Shown: positions 42,022 through 52,115, counted from the first letter of the stretch. The stretch: DNA of 64,000 nucleotides from an uncultured Gammaproteobacteria bacterium (GCA_964645655.1 CAZXZS010000001.1:478021-542020); one strand, 5' to 3'. Made by a program: numbers and translations. The notes: generated by a model from the sequence alone, not told the origin.

Positions 42022-42226
42022 ACTGAATTAGGGGGATTAGGAGAGAGTAAGAAAGATTAAAAAAGGTAGGAGTTGAGCCAAGAAATCGCACAAGGTCGTT
42101 TTCTTAGATGGTTCTTAGTAATCGTTATCTAACTCATTAATGTCAACCGGGCGTCAACCGATGAGAGGAGTGACCCCTAATGTTTACGTGATTTCGAACG
42201 ATCCAAAGCTCTTCCTTTTTTCTTGG

Positions 42227-43342
42227 CTACACGATATTTAATAACCTTTTCATTCGTGTTAGAAGTTCTGCAAGATTTGACTGCAAGATTTTCTGAGTAT
42301 CGGGAAAGTAATCACCTTGTACGTTTTGTTCATTGTTGTGTGCAACGAAGTTATGTCTAGTTTTAATTAGATATTGGATGATAGCCTCATTCTTTATTGC
42401 TTTATAAACAGGGTCATTTTTAAACCATTTCTCAAGAGAAATTACATCTGTTCTGCCATCAAATAAGCCCGCAACTCGGACCGTGAGATAGTCCTGTATG
42501 ATCCGGTGTAAGTTTCCGACGTGGCTCAAATCTGTCGATTCAGTTGAGCCCAGGCTTTTTTGAAGCGCTGCATTAAGTCTTGCTAACTCTATGAGCGCTC
42601 TTTCGCAGTTTTCGACCGTATACTCAAGGAATCCTTTTTCTTCTCGTAAAGAGCGTTGATTTTTCATAGATTGGCTTTCGACAAAATAATTTAAGCCATG
42701 GGTCGCTATCTCAAAACCTTCTTTTAGGATACGTAGAGCTCCAACCCATAACGCAAATAATACAGCATATGCAAGCAAGTAACTTATTTTAGTTGGTCTT
42801 GTAAGAACGCAAATTTCGCCCTGAGAGCTTATTGATAGTGTTCCAAGTGGTGGAATCGGGGGAGGATCATGTGTGAATTCCAAGTTTGTACATCTATCGT
42901 ACCCACTTTTAATAGCATCTGGGATTTGACTTACAGGAAGATTCTTTACGATTTGATGTTTCGACTCAAAATCGAAACGTTCTTTTGCACCATTTACGTC
43001 ACAGGTAAGCGTTGCAGGGTACTTAGTGACTTTGTCTAGTGCAACGATGGTTCCAGAGGCATTAAAGACGGTCTCGTTTGAGAATGATACCCGGTTAATT
43101 AGAAAAGCATCATAATATATGATTGATGAGAGCCTATTATCTAAACGGCCAAGATTTGAACTGGCTTGTTGAAGGTAGTTTTCAAACTCTGGGGTAATAA
43201 GCTTTCCTTGATAATCTTTATTGGCGCTGCTGAGTAGGGTTGAAAAGCATCTAAAAGCACCCAAGAACAGCAACGGCATTGTTGGAATGATAAAAATAAT
43301 GATATACCAAACAGATTTTAACCAAGCAGATTTCTTCGACAT
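42227..43342 (-). CDS. two-TM protein with extracytoplasmic domain and C-terminal HEPN-like domain (Rx4-6H)
   Basis: ATG 43342. Hydrophobic helices at about aa 8-30 and 185-207. C-terminal KTRHNFVAHNN (R329...H335; nt 42338-42358), as in Abi-type HEPN RNases. Confidence 0.6.
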   Translation of the reverse strand: MSKKSAWLKSVWYIIIFIIPTMPLLFLGAFRCFSTLLSSANKDYQGKLITPEFENYLQQASSNLGRLDNRLSSIIYYDAFLINRVSFSNETVFNASGTIVALDKVTKYPATLTCDVNGAKERFDFESKHQIVKNLPVSQIPDAIKSGYDRCTNLEFTHDPPPIPPLGTLSISSQGEICVLTRPTKISYLLAYAVLFALWVGALRILKEGFEIATHGLNYFVESQSMKNQRSLREEKGFLEYTVENCERALIELARLNAALQKSLGSTESTDLSHVGNLHRIIQDYLTVRVAGLFDGRTDVISLEKWFKNDPVYKAIKNEAIIQYLIKTRHNFVAHNNEQNVQGDYFPDTQKILQSNLAELLTRMKRLLNIV

Positions 43343-43370
43343 ATCTATAAACGAAAAGGTCTAAGGACTG

Positions 43371-44804
43371 CTAAAATAGAGCCTGTTTTTCATTGGGATA
43401 GTTGGGTGCGATTTTAGATGATCCATGTAGGCGAGTTTTTTTTGTCATAAAACGATAGTCAACTGAGTCTAGTAAAAAATCTGTACTATAAAAAGAAGAA
43501 ATCATCTGAATAATTTCAGTGCCGGATATAGAGGTTGAATATTGTCCTTCATTTGTTACCCTGCTAACCCGAAATACAGCATCTTCAAAATCTTTGCGAA
43601 ACATATCCCTTTCGCTTTCTGTAGTGTGCGATGGGTTCATTGGGCACCTTGTAACGACCCATCCCTTATCTATTAGTTTTTGTTCCAGATAGTTTAAATC
43701 AAAGTATACTTTTGCTCTTACATGACCAAACATTATTCGCATACATTGTTTGGCATCTAATGGTAATAATGAATATGGTATTACATTTCTGGCGAATTGG
43801 TTATTTTCGTTAACGAATGAATAGTAACTATCATAGACTATTATGTTATCCTCGATTTTCTCCATCCACTTAGGGGCGGAATCTTTAAATCTTTTATAGC
43901 AAAGATCGATACTCTCTCTGGTGTGGCGGTTAGGCTTTTCCAGCGCATCGTATGATTGAACTTTTAAAAAGTACCCGGGTTCAAGTGGAGCGTATGCAAG
44001 GAAATCTTTATCAGCTCTTTTAATAATTTCTCTTAGCTGACGAAAATAAGTTTTTATTGGTATATCTATATCAACTATATCTGCTTCTAAGCTTTTTATG
44101 ACGGTTCCGTCCTTGAAAATTGGTATTTCAATTCTTCCTTTTATAATTGAATTTTGAGTAAGAAAATGCCTTCTTTCTTGTATAGTTATTTTTGGGCTAC
44201 CGCGCCCCGTAGCCTTATTTATTATATCTCTTGCGTCAAACAGTTTTGTTTTGGACTTGCTAGTCTTTGCTTCATAAATGATGATCTTTCCATCAGGCAG
44301 AATGTGGGTAAAATCTCCGATGCGGCAAAAACGGGTTAGATCGTTTACAATTATAACCCCATTAGATTTTAACCCCATTATTATGTCTAGCTCTTTATCT
44401 ATATATCCGGGCGAGTCATTCTCTGATAGGAGGCGCATTAAAGCTCTTTGGCAGCCTAGATTCCTCCAAGCTATTCCATCTGCGATTGTTTGAAGTACCC
44501 TGGAAAGCTGCTTGTGAGCCTCCAATCTTTTTATAAGGCTCTGGCGATTTAAAATGTTCGTTTCCTCGAATAACAGCTTTTTACCTTCTTGAATAGTAAG
44601 CTGAAATTTTGAAAGTTGATGCGCCATGACCTTTTGCAAAAACAGAAGATAGACACTATTTCTTTTCAAAATCGGTAGCCGACTAAACGTCAATGTCCTT
44701 GACATTGAGGGTATAAAATTTTGGTAATACTTAAAAAATAGAATCTTACTGATCCGCGCCTCGATATCTTTTTTTGGATTTTCGCCTTCTGGGTATTTGG
44801 GCAT
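43371..44804 (-). CDS. hypothetical protein with PD-(D/E)xK-like nuclease core motif
   Basis: ATG 44804. CRIGD(164)FTHILPDGKIIIYE(178)AK(180)TSKSK (nt 44265-44315). 28-nt gap to the downstream gene. Confidence 0.55.
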   Translation of the reverse strand: MPKYPEGENPKKDIEARISKILFFKYYQNFIPSMSRTLTFSRLPILKRNSVYLLFLQKVMAHQLSKFQLTIQEGKKLLFEETNILNRQSLIKRLEAHKQLSRVLQTIADGIAWRNLGCQRALMRLLSENDSPGYIDKELDIIMGLKSNGVIIVNDLTRFCRIGDFTHILPDGKIIIYEAKTSKSKTKLFDARDIINKATGRGSPKITIQERRHFLTQNSIIKGRIEIPIFKDGTVIKSLEADIVDIDIPIKTYFRQLREIIKRADKDFLAYAPLEPGYFLKVQSYDALEKPNRHTRESIDLCYKRFKDSAPKWMEKIEDNIIVYDSYYSFVNENNQFARNVIPYSLLPLDAKQCMRIMFGHVRAKVYFDLNYLEQKLIDKGWVVTRCPMNPSHTTESERDMFRKDFEDAVFRVSRVTNEGQYSTSISGTEIIQMISSFYSTDFLLDSVDYRFMTKKTRLHGSSKIAPNYPNEKQALF

Positions 44805-44896
44805 TTTGGTAAGTATTTAAGGTGGGCTTTTTTAAACCGATAATCTTCCGCAAATATGGGTATTTAATTTAGCTTATTGAATCAGTTTAGTGAGGC

Positions 44897-46573
44897 CTAG
44901 CATACTTCTTTAGGGTTTCCATGCGCATCAAACCAATATAGTTTGTTATCCTTTTCATCGAAATGCACATGCTCGGAAAGAAACCTAGTCGTCATTAAGA
45001 ATCCATCGGCCATCTTCTCATTGGCGGCGAATTTAGGAAGGAGCTTTTCTTTAACATAGGCAAGAAAAGCATCTCTGTTAGGATCATTAGTGGGTTGAGC
45101 ATAAATTATCAGAGCGACCTTAGTTAAAGCTGGGTAAAAGCCTCTCTCTACATTTTCTTTAACTTCAAACATCAGGTAGTCAAAAAACAAGTTATTACTA
45201 TCTCCTACAGGAGGATGTTTCCATATAAAGCGTGTTGCCGCTGTAATAGCGTAAAAACGTATAGCGTCTTTATCTTGCTTATTTTTTATATACGAAAGAC
45301 CACTCAAAAAATGAACGGTGGATAATGCAAATTGCGCTAGTACGTTTTTTGCATAATAAGTTCCATTTTCTGCCTTATATTCGACTTTTAGCTGACTATC
45401 TGGGATAGGAGGTGCATTCTCCTCACTTCGGAATATGTCAGGCCAGGTAGAGGAGAAGAAAAAGCTAAGTTTATGAAGCAGAGATTGAGCCTTACTAGCA
45501 ACAAAAGGATCTATTTCAGGTGATGAGGCGGTACATATATTTGCGATGTATCTAGAAAAATCACCTAAATCACTTGCGAAAATCACCCAGTATCTATCAA
45601 GAATGGGAGAATTTGCCTCCATTCTTACCGTTGCCCTCATGACTATTTCAATAATCTTTAACTGAACGGTTAGGTACTCTTCGCTATAGCGATTTTCTTC
45701 ATTTGGATGAAAGAGAACAGAGCTATTAATAAAGCCATGATTTACATACCACCCATCTTCGAACAAAATTTTGTAGATATTAAAACCGAGCGCTAATCCA
45801 TTCTGAGATATCTGATGATAGAGATGGGAATCATGACTTTGAACCATTTTCTCTAGTAAGCCCCTAATAAATCCCTCCCCCATGACAAAACGAGAGTTTA
45901 TTTTAGGTAATGTGGATAATATTCTACACAGGACATCAATCCTATTAGAACTTAAAAAACTTATAAGAATTGGATCGACAAGAAGAACGTTAAAAACATT
46001 CCCTATATCTTTCTTATACTCGTTATCTTGATTGTGGGGGTTGTTGTAATGCTTGAGCAATAACGGCAGATTCTCGTCTAGTACTTGAACTACATTGCCC
46101 ACGGCGGTGCCCGTGTCCTTGGCTATCGCACTATATAAAACCTCGAAAAACTTTTTTGAATTATCTTTGCTGAATAAGGTTTTATAAGTTGCTCCATATA
46201 AGAAAACAATAATACTGGTACTCACCAGAATGAAGCTTAAAAATTGAAAGAAGCCTACATTTCTTGGTAGCGGGATACTAATAGAGATCTGATCGATCAA
46301 GACACTATAAATAATTGAGATTGCCGCAAGGACAATAAGGGCAATGCTCCACCTATTTAGATTTGAGCGTATCTTTATTCTTAGGTCCCACAAACTGTTT
46401 TTTAGCTGGTATACAGCAATGAAAATTGCTACAGCTGTTAAAAACTCTCCGAGAGAGAAAATATCATTTGGTATGTTACTGATAAGACAGGACTGATTTT
46501 TGATAAAACCAAACCAACAATCAACTAATGGGTTCATTGTTAACTGATTTGTTAAAGTGGATATGGTAGTCAT
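44897..46573 (-). CDS. hypothetical protein with about three N-terminal TM helices and a large helical soluble region
   Basis: ATG 46573; the ORF-track start 46588 is TTG. First gene of the three-gene minus-strand set. No motif recognised. Confidence 0.55.
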   Translation of the reverse strand: MTTISTLTNQLTMNPLVDCWFGFIKNQSCLISNIPNDIFSLGEFLTAVAIFIAVYQLKNSLWDLRIKIRSNLNRWSIALIVLAAISIIYSVLIDQISISIPLPRNVGFFQFLSFILVSTSIIVFLYGATYKTLFSKDNSKKFFEVLYSAIAKDTGTAVGNVVQVLDENLPLLLKHYNNPHNQDNEYKKDIGNVFNVLLVDPILISFLSSNRIDVLCRILSTLPKINSRFVMGEGFIRGLLEKMVQSHDSHLYHQISQNGLALGFNIYKILFEDGWYVNHGFINSSVLFHPNEENRYSEEYLTVQLKIIEIVMRATVRMEANSPILDRYWVIFASDLGDFSRYIANICTASSPEIDPFVASKAQSLLHKLSFFFSSTWPDIFRSEENAPPIPDSQLKVEYKAENGTYYAKNVLAQFALSTVHFLSGLSYIKNKQDKDAIRFYAITAATRFIWKHPPVGDSNNLFFDYLMFEVKENVERGFYPALTKVALIIYAQPTNDPNRDAFLAYVKEKLLPKFAANEKMADGFLMTTRFLSEHVHFDEKDNKLYWFDAHGNPKEVC

Positions 46574-46716
46574 GGAATTCAGAATCAAGGCAATATCCCC
46601 ATGTCTGCTCTGCGACAGAGGGGCTTTGTTTGATTTTAAGAGTATTGTCCAGGGGCGGTTCTGTCCATTTATCTATTTGAGAAACATGATATTTGAGTTT
46701 AGACTTAATATGATTT

Positions 46717-47052
46717 ATGTCAGCTCCCAAAAATAACAAAAACGCTCTTGGCAACCGCGGAGGTGGTCGTAAGAGCGCTTTTGAAGAGATGAAGGAAGCA
46801 AAGTGGCTTAAAACCGTGTGGAATAGAGATTTTGATGTTGGCTCCCTTCAGAAAAAAGTAGAGAGTGGAACGTATAGCGTGCGCGACATCTTCCTTCTGA
46901 ACGCTTTAAGTGGCCAGCCAGCCGCTTTAAAGGTCATGGCGGATAAGATTCTGCCTGGTAGGGATGAAATGAAAGACAAGCGAGAACAAGAGGTCTGGCA
47001 ACCCCCCGTTATTGTCGATCCTAGCGGGGAGCCTTTCGCTTTGGGTAAATGA
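46717..47052 (+). CDS. hypothetical small protein (basic NNKNALGNRGGGRK N-terminus, phage/plasmid-like)
   Basis: ATG 46717, divergent from the three-gene set. The N-terminal motif recalls small phage DNA-binding or terminase-small proteins, from memory only. Confidence 0.45.
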   Translation: MSAPKNNKNALGNRGGGRKSAFEEMKEAKWLKTVWNRDFDVGSLQKKVESGTYSVRDIFLLNALSGQPAALKVMADKILPGRDEMKDKREQEVWQPPVIVDPSGEPFALGK

Positions 47053-47063
47053 GGATATTAAAA

Positions 47064-47459
47064 TTATCTGCCTAATCTTTCGCGTTCATCAAGCTTGCGT
47101 ATAACCCGATCCGCTATCTCCTCGGTTAAGCTTTCACCGAAACCCGTACTAAACTTCACTAAAAGGAAACAGGCGGAACCTATGCCTAAAACATACTTTA
47201 AAATCGGCCATGAGCGAGCAATAAGCTCTGTAAAGATACCAACCGCACCTTTTCCGCTATCCACTAGCTCCACTGCTAAATAAATTAGAAAAATAGCTGC
47301 CACTATATACAATATCGTCTTTGAAAGATACTGGGAGAGTCTTAGAAGGCTATCTCTTAATGGGGATGATTTAAGCTTTTTTAAGAGAGCGGGGGCGTGG
47401 TGTATTGCGCCACCAATGAGCAAAAGGGCTCCTAGGACTGATAGCATTGATTCGTTCAT
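47064..47459 (-). CDS. hypothetical small membrane protein
   Basis: ATG 47459 (MNESMLSVLGALLLIGG...). Three hydrophobic helices. A longer start at 47597 is possible. Confidence 0.45.
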   Translation of the reverse strand: MNESMLSVLGALLLIGGAIHHAPALLKKLKSSPLRDSLLRLSQYLSKTILYIVAAIFLIYLAVELVDSGKGAVGIFTELIARSWPILKYVLGIGSACFLLVKFSTGFGESLTEEIADRVIRKLDERERLGR

Positions 47460-47686
47460 AGTTTTAAGAAAAGTCGATAAACAAAAAGGACACCCCTGAG
47501 GTGTCCAGACCCAAACAACAAGACCCGAGAGCCCTGCCGCTTGTTTTATCAGGAGTGCCCTTTTTATCGCATCAGGGCTCCTGAAAAACAGCCGCATTTA
47601 TCGCGGTTGGGTATAGTTGTTTGAATCTGGACGATGACAATATCTCTCTTATGGTTTAAAAAGTCAAAGAAAGATTAATAGAGTAT

Positions 47687-48505
47687 ATGTCTAGATATCA
47701 GGGCGCTGACCTAAGAATGTGGCGTGCTTTTTTGCACGATCTTGTGATGTGGGATGATTATCAGTACGAGATAGTAAAAATCAGGAGAAAACATGTAATA
47801 CCTCCTGTGGGATATAGCTTGGCAGGCGGTAAGCAAGTGCCGCCTACAGCTTGGAAGGAAAATCGTTTAAAACAAATTAGAAATAGGGGTCTTGAATTTG
47901 AGTTGAATGCAGATGAGTTTTGTACGATGGATCTATATCAAGATGTCGCTGCTCTCAATGCTCGTTATGGGTTGTTTTTCCCCTTAGAATATAATCCAAC
48001 TCATTTCTTTGTTTTTTATGACCAGCTTCCAACGGAAGAGGAGATGACGTTTCAAAACCCAAAGGATGATGGTTTTTCCTTAAACGATGTTTTTTTAGAG
48101 AAGCCTTCATTTCTCGTGAATGCGTTGTTATGTGCAAGCGATGATCAGAAGAAGTTCATTGCCGAACAACAAAAAAATAAAGAATTAGTTTTCCCTATCT
48201 CGCTTCGAGTCTCTCTTTTTAGCTCTCAGAGTGATATTTGGGATTACCTAAATAGAAACTGGAAAAAGCTTATAGAGCCAGAGATCGTTAAGGCTCGCAA
48301 CAATCTTGGGCTAAATAGGCGTCCTAGAAGAAGGAGTTTGCGTGTTGCTATGGTTGAGCGTTTTATATTGAGCAATAAGGATAAAGACGCTCAGGAAATT
48401 AAAAAACAGTTACGAATATTTTTGGGATGTGGAAAAACTACTTCAGAGATTCAGTCTATTATTGCTAAGAAAAGGCTAAATTATAACAAAAAACTTAAAC
48501 CATAA
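47687..48505 (+). CDS. hypothetical protein
   Basis: ATG 47687. AT-rich codons. Basic C-terminus. No motif recognised. Confidence 0.5.
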   Translation: MSRYQGADLRMWRAFLHDLVMWDDYQYEIVKIRRKHVIPPVGYSLAGGKQVPPTAWKENRLKQIRNRGLEFELNADEFCTMDLYQDVAALNARYGLFFPLEYNPTHFFVFYDQLPTEEEMTFQNPKDDGFSLNDVFLEKPSFLVNALLCASDDQKKFIAEQQKNKELVFPISLRVSLFSSQSDIWDYLNRNWKKLIEPEIVKARNNLGLNRRPRRRSLRVAMVERFILSNKDKDAQEIKKQLRIFLGCGKTTSEIQSIIAKKRLNYNKKLKP

Positions 48506-48884
48506 TCGGGACTACTTTAAGAAGTTACGAAGTGATCAGCAAAGCATAGTCTAGTGTGTGTAGGAGCGAAAAATTGCTCTTATGCACGTTCTTTCGTTTA
48601 TAGACGTCTGACTTGTACGTAAACAAGAAGGCGCAGGAAAGTCTTGAAGCCTGGGCGTAAGCCAAAACAGTGATTGTTCCTTGCTCCGCAAAGCAACAAA
48701 TGCCTCAGCGGCTCATGTTCGGATACCAAGCCCGAAGCGTACCAAGCATCCAACTTAACTTGTGCCACCGTGTGGCTCTAGTCATGCATGTACGTGTGCT
48801 CGGGTCTAACCCTCTGAACAGGAGAGGGGCTCACATTCATTCACTCTTAACGAACTCCCTCCATCCAAGGGAGAGGGGATTTTT

Positions 48885-49157
48885 ATGTCTCAATGTGGAT
48901 TTATGAAGGTCACAACGCTCCCGCATGTGCCCTGTCCCTGGTGCAATAAGTCGGGTGTATATGTGTACGCGCGACATCGTTCCGTTCGATACGAATGCCT
49001 TTTTAGGTGCGGCTATTACGCCAACATTCCTAAGCAACTTCTTACCTATCAACAGAAACGGGCCTTTTACCCTAGGGATCGTAAGAAAAAGGGTAGGGCA
49101 AAACTTGTCGGCACAGTTCTTATCATTGTTTTACTTCTCGCCTCTATATATGCTTAA
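48885..49157 (+). CDS. hypothetical zinc-ribbon-like protein with C-terminal TM helix
   Basis: CPWCNKSG...YECLFRCGYY, then LVGTVLIIVLLLASIYA. Confidence 0.45.
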   Translation: MSQCGFMKVTTLPHVPCPWCNKSGVYVYARHRSVRYECLFRCGYYANIPKQLLTYQQKRAFYPRDRKKKGRAKLVGTVLIIVLLLASIYA

Positions 49158-49206
49158 CGTACCCTCTCAGTCGGTTGATGCACCTCGACAATCAAAGAAG
49201 CAGGTT

Positions 49207-49437
49207 ATGACAGATACGGAGCAGATAGTTCTGGATTCTGAATTAGTATTCTTGAATATTAGAGAAGTTGCGGGGGTACTTAGGATCGCGCCCGTTAGCG
49301 TTTATCGCTTGATCGCAAAGCGTGCCATTCCTGTATACCGAGCTTGCCGTAAAATTCTCTTTAAGAAGCGTGATATTCTTGATTACCTTGAACGCAATCG
49401 TAAGGAATCTTCAACCTATGGCGGTCCGGAAGGTTAA
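49207..49437 (+). CDS. xis: excisionase / helix-turn-helix DNA-binding protein
   Basis: LNIREVAGVLRIAPVSVYRLIAKRAIPVYRACRKILFKKRDILDYLE is the excisionase-family HTH pattern. Overlaps the int start. ATG 49150 is an alternative start. Confidence 0.7.
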   Translation: MTDTEQIVLDSELVFLNIREVAGVLRIAPVSVYRLIAKRAIPVYRACRKILFKKRDILDYLERNRKESSTYGGPEG

Positions 49438-50524
49438 GGGGAGTTGGTGGGTAGATTTCCAGATTCGTCTTCACCGACACCGCTACCGTAGTCCAGAGAA
49501 TACTCGCGAAGGCGCGCTTGCCTTTGAAGCTAATCTTAGGCAGAAAATTGCACGTGGAGAAGATATAGGACTTCGCCCTAACGTCGATAATAACCCAGCA
49601 TTCGCTGTATTTGCGATGGAATGGGTTGATACTCAGGTGAAGACAGAGAATAAGCCCTCTGAGGTGCGCGCGAAGATGAGCGTACTCAACAATCATCTTT
49701 TGCCCTTCTTCGGTAAGCTCACGTTGAGACAGATAGATTCACAAATAGTCGAGCAATACAAAGCTCAAAAGATTCGTTCAGGCTTGGCAGCAAAGACAGT
49801 GAATAACCACCTAGTCATCCTTCAGCGCTGTTTAAACGTGGCATTAGAGTGGGGGAAGCTGCAGCGTGTGCCAAAGATAGGGAAGCTGAAATGTATCTCA
49901 CAGCGTCTCGATTTCCTTAGTCCACTCGAAAGTCATCAGTTGGTCCAGGGATGCGATGAGTCTATGTGGCGAGATATGTTGCTCATGGCACTTCGTACAG
50001 GAATGCGGCTAGGGGAGTTGTGTGGCCTTCAGTGGCGCGATGTGGATTTAGGTCGAAAGATGTTAACGGTTCAGCATTCGCTTGTACGGGGAGTGCTGGG
50101 CTCTCCAAAAAGCCATAAGATTAGGCACATCCCTCTTACGGACGATCTTTGCCGAACTCTGTACGAACGGAGACATGAGCACGGGTTCGTTTTTCGCCGC
50201 CCTGATGGTCGTCCTATCGTGGATTGGGTAGCTGAATGCGGTATCCGTCGAGCTTGTAGGAAGGCGGGGATTCGTGAAATAGGCTGGCATACCCTTCGTC
50301 ACACCTTTGCTTCGCAGTTGGTTAGTGAAGGGGTGCCATTAAACGCGGTTCAAGAGTTGCTTGGGCATTCTACGGTCGTTATGACCATGAAATATGCCCA
50401 TCTCGCTCCGTCCGCTCTTCGTTCTGCGGTGGATGTACTCGAAAAGGCGGAAAATCGCGAAATTGAGAAAAAATGTCAGCCCGGCGTCAACCTTGAACAG
50501 ATGTTAAGCCGAGCAATGCATTAA
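49418..50524 (+). CDS. int: tyrosine-type site-specific integrase
   Basis: LRTGMRLGELCGLQWRDV, HTLRHTFASQLV, LLGHSTVVMTMKYAHL (R..HxxR..Y catalytic set). Adjacent to tRNA-Lys. Confidence 0.9.
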   Translation: MAVRKVKGSWWVDFQIRLHRHRYRSPENTREGALAFEANLRQKIARGEDIGLRPNVDNNPAFAVFAMEWVDTQVKTENKPSEVRAKMSVLNNHLLPFFGKLTLRQIDSQIVEQYKAQKIRSGLAAKTVNNHLVILQRCLNVALEWGKLQRVPKIGKLKCISQRLDFLSPLESHQLVQGCDESMWRDMLLMALRTGMRLGELCGLQWRDVDLGRKMLTVQHSLVRGVLGSPKSHKIRHIPLTDDLCRTLYERRHEHGFVFRRPDGRPIVDWVAECGIRRACRKAGIREIGWHTLRHTFASQLVSEGVPLNAVQELLGHSTVVMTMKYAHLAPSALRSAVDVLEKAENREIEKKCQPGVNLEQMLSRAMH

Positions 50525-50605
50525 GCCGACCACTCATGTGTTCGATTCACCCAGTGTTTACAACCAAAAACAAAACACCCAGCATCTTGATGCGGGTGTC
50601 TTGCG

Positions 50606-50681
<76 letters not shown>

Positions 50682-50825
50682 GCGCGTATCTAACCTGTTC
50701 CAGCTGCTTCCCGGGCCCTGGACGAGGAAGGCCGCACCTCCCGGCGGTCCCTAGGCTCGGATGCGCCAGATCTTAGCAAAAACACGCCGAAGCATCAAGT
50801 CTCACGGATTGGCCGATGAAGGAAT

Positions 50826-50852
50826 GAAAAACCCTCGTCCATCAGACGAGGG
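50826..50852 (-). terminator. intrinsic terminator after 50859-52115
   Basis: CCCTCGTC / GACGAGGG stem. T5 on the minus strand. Confidence 0.6.
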
Positions 50853-50858
50853 GAGGGG

Positions 50859-52115
50859 TCAGGTTGCCGCGGGCACTCCGTTCAGCCGCGCGATCTGTCG
50901 GCGGATCTCTTCCACGGCTTCCGGAGTGGCCCAGATCATGTTCATGAAGTTCGCGTCCGCGATGCCGTGGGACAGTTCCGTGAGCGAGTGGTAGCGGATT
51001 CGCTCGATGAGGGTCCGCGCGCCCGGCGAAAGGCGACCGATCAGCGCGGCCAGGCTGGTCGCGTCCGGACCCCAGGTCCAGAGCGGGGAGGCGGCCAGCC
51101 GTGCCCGGAAGGGTTCCTCATCTTCGTCCGCGCCCTCGATGGGCGGGTCTCGCCGTTGCTCCCGGATGGCGGCCGAAGCGGTCCGCCAGAGCCCCTCGAG
51201 CCGCTCGAGGTTGCCCAGGTCGTCGCCCAGCCCTTCCCGGATCCACGCGACGATGCGATGGGCCTGGTCGTCCTCGCCGATGAGGTCGGGCGGGACCGTC
51301 CAGGTCGGGAGCGCCCGCATGCGCGCGAAGAACGCGGAGCGATCGTTTCCCAGGGCGGAACGGCTCCGGTCGAAGATCGCGGCGAGCCTCCGTTCGTTCC
51401 ATTCCGGCGCCTCACCGAGCGTGAGCCCGCACGAGGCGAGGCGGCGCTTGATGTCCGCGAGGGTACGCGCGCCGCAGCTGGGGAGGGCGAGGAGACGCGC
51501 TTCCGTCCATTCCGCCGCGAGTTCCTCGAGCGTGCGGCAGCCAGTGGCCTCGATGGCCTTCATGGTGCGCAACGGGACGCGTTCGCATTCCATGAAGTAG
51601 ATGCGGATGTCGGTCTCGAGGACGGGCCTCTCCCGTCCCGCGACTTCATGCCAGCGCCCGTCCCTCGGTCCGACGATCCAGGCGTGGGTGCGATGGCGGT
51701 CGCCGATGAGCCGCTTCCAGAAAGGCCGGAAATGCCTGCCGAGGCGCCCGCCGCTGGCCGCGAAGACGGCGCGTGCGCGGGCCTCATGCCACTCCGGGGC
51801 CGGGCGCTGCTCGGACCCGATCCACTTGGCGATCCGGTCGGCCTGGTCATCGCAGCCGATGACCTCGACGTGGAAGTCCCACGCCGGATGCTTCTGCAGG
51901 GCGCGCTTGACGACGGCGGCCCCGGCGCCGATCCGCTTCCCCGGCCACGGCGTCATCCACTTGTCATGGATGAGGTCGTCGAGTTCGCGAACCAGATACC
52001 CATCGTGCGTATCCTTGGGCTGCTTTCCCAGCTTCGCGATGAGCGTCGCCCGGCCTTCGTCGTTGAGCGCTGCCAGCAGCGCGTGTGCCATACGGATCTC
52101 GTTCGGTTCTCCCAT
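50859..52115 (-). CDS. hypothetical protein with two RNA polymerase alpha-CTD-like helix-hairpin-helix modules and internal IG(E/C)DDQAxRI repeats
   Basis: ATG 52115 after GGAGG. VPLRTMKAIEATGCRTLEELAAEWTEARLLALPSCGARTLADIKRRLASCGLTLGE aligns with the alpha-CTD pattern. A second weaker module lies at the C-terminus. Confidence 0.6.
   Translation of the reverse strand: MGEPNEIRMAHALLAALNDEGRATLIAKLGKQPKDTHDGYLVRELDDLIHDKWMTPWPGKRIGAGAAVVKRALQKHPAWDFHVEVIGCDDQADRIAKWIGSEQRPAPEWHEARARAVFAASGGRLGRHFRPFWKRLIGDRHRTHAWIVGPRDGRWHEVAGRERPVLETDIRIYFMECERVPLRTMKAIEATGCRTLEELAAEWTEARLLALPSCGARTLADIKRRLASCGLTLGEAPEWNERRLAAIFDRSRSALGNDRSAFFARMRALPTWTVPPDLIGEDDQAHRIVAWIREGLGDDLGNLERLEGLWRTASAAIREQRRDPPIEGADEDEEPFRARLAASPLWTWGPDATSLAALIGRLSPGARTLIERIRYHSLTELSHGIADANFMNMIWATPEAVEEIRRQIARLNGVPAAT

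Noticed and set aside
42152-42161. GGCGTCAACC shared between the attL-proximal region and the int 3' end (50485-50494) as integrase arm sites
   Set aside because: A single 10-mer match within 8.6 kb is expected by chance, and one copy lies inside the int coding region.
48670-48906. 78-aa ORF in the island II non-coding stretch
   Set aside because: It has no RBS, overlaps the start of the next gene, and has an odd composition. I treat the region as non-coding pending evidence.
42022-50603. Alternative genetic code in the AT-rich island
   Set aside because: All island genes are open in the standard code with ordinary TAA/TAG/TGA stops at sensible positions. Nothing suggests stop-codon reassignment.
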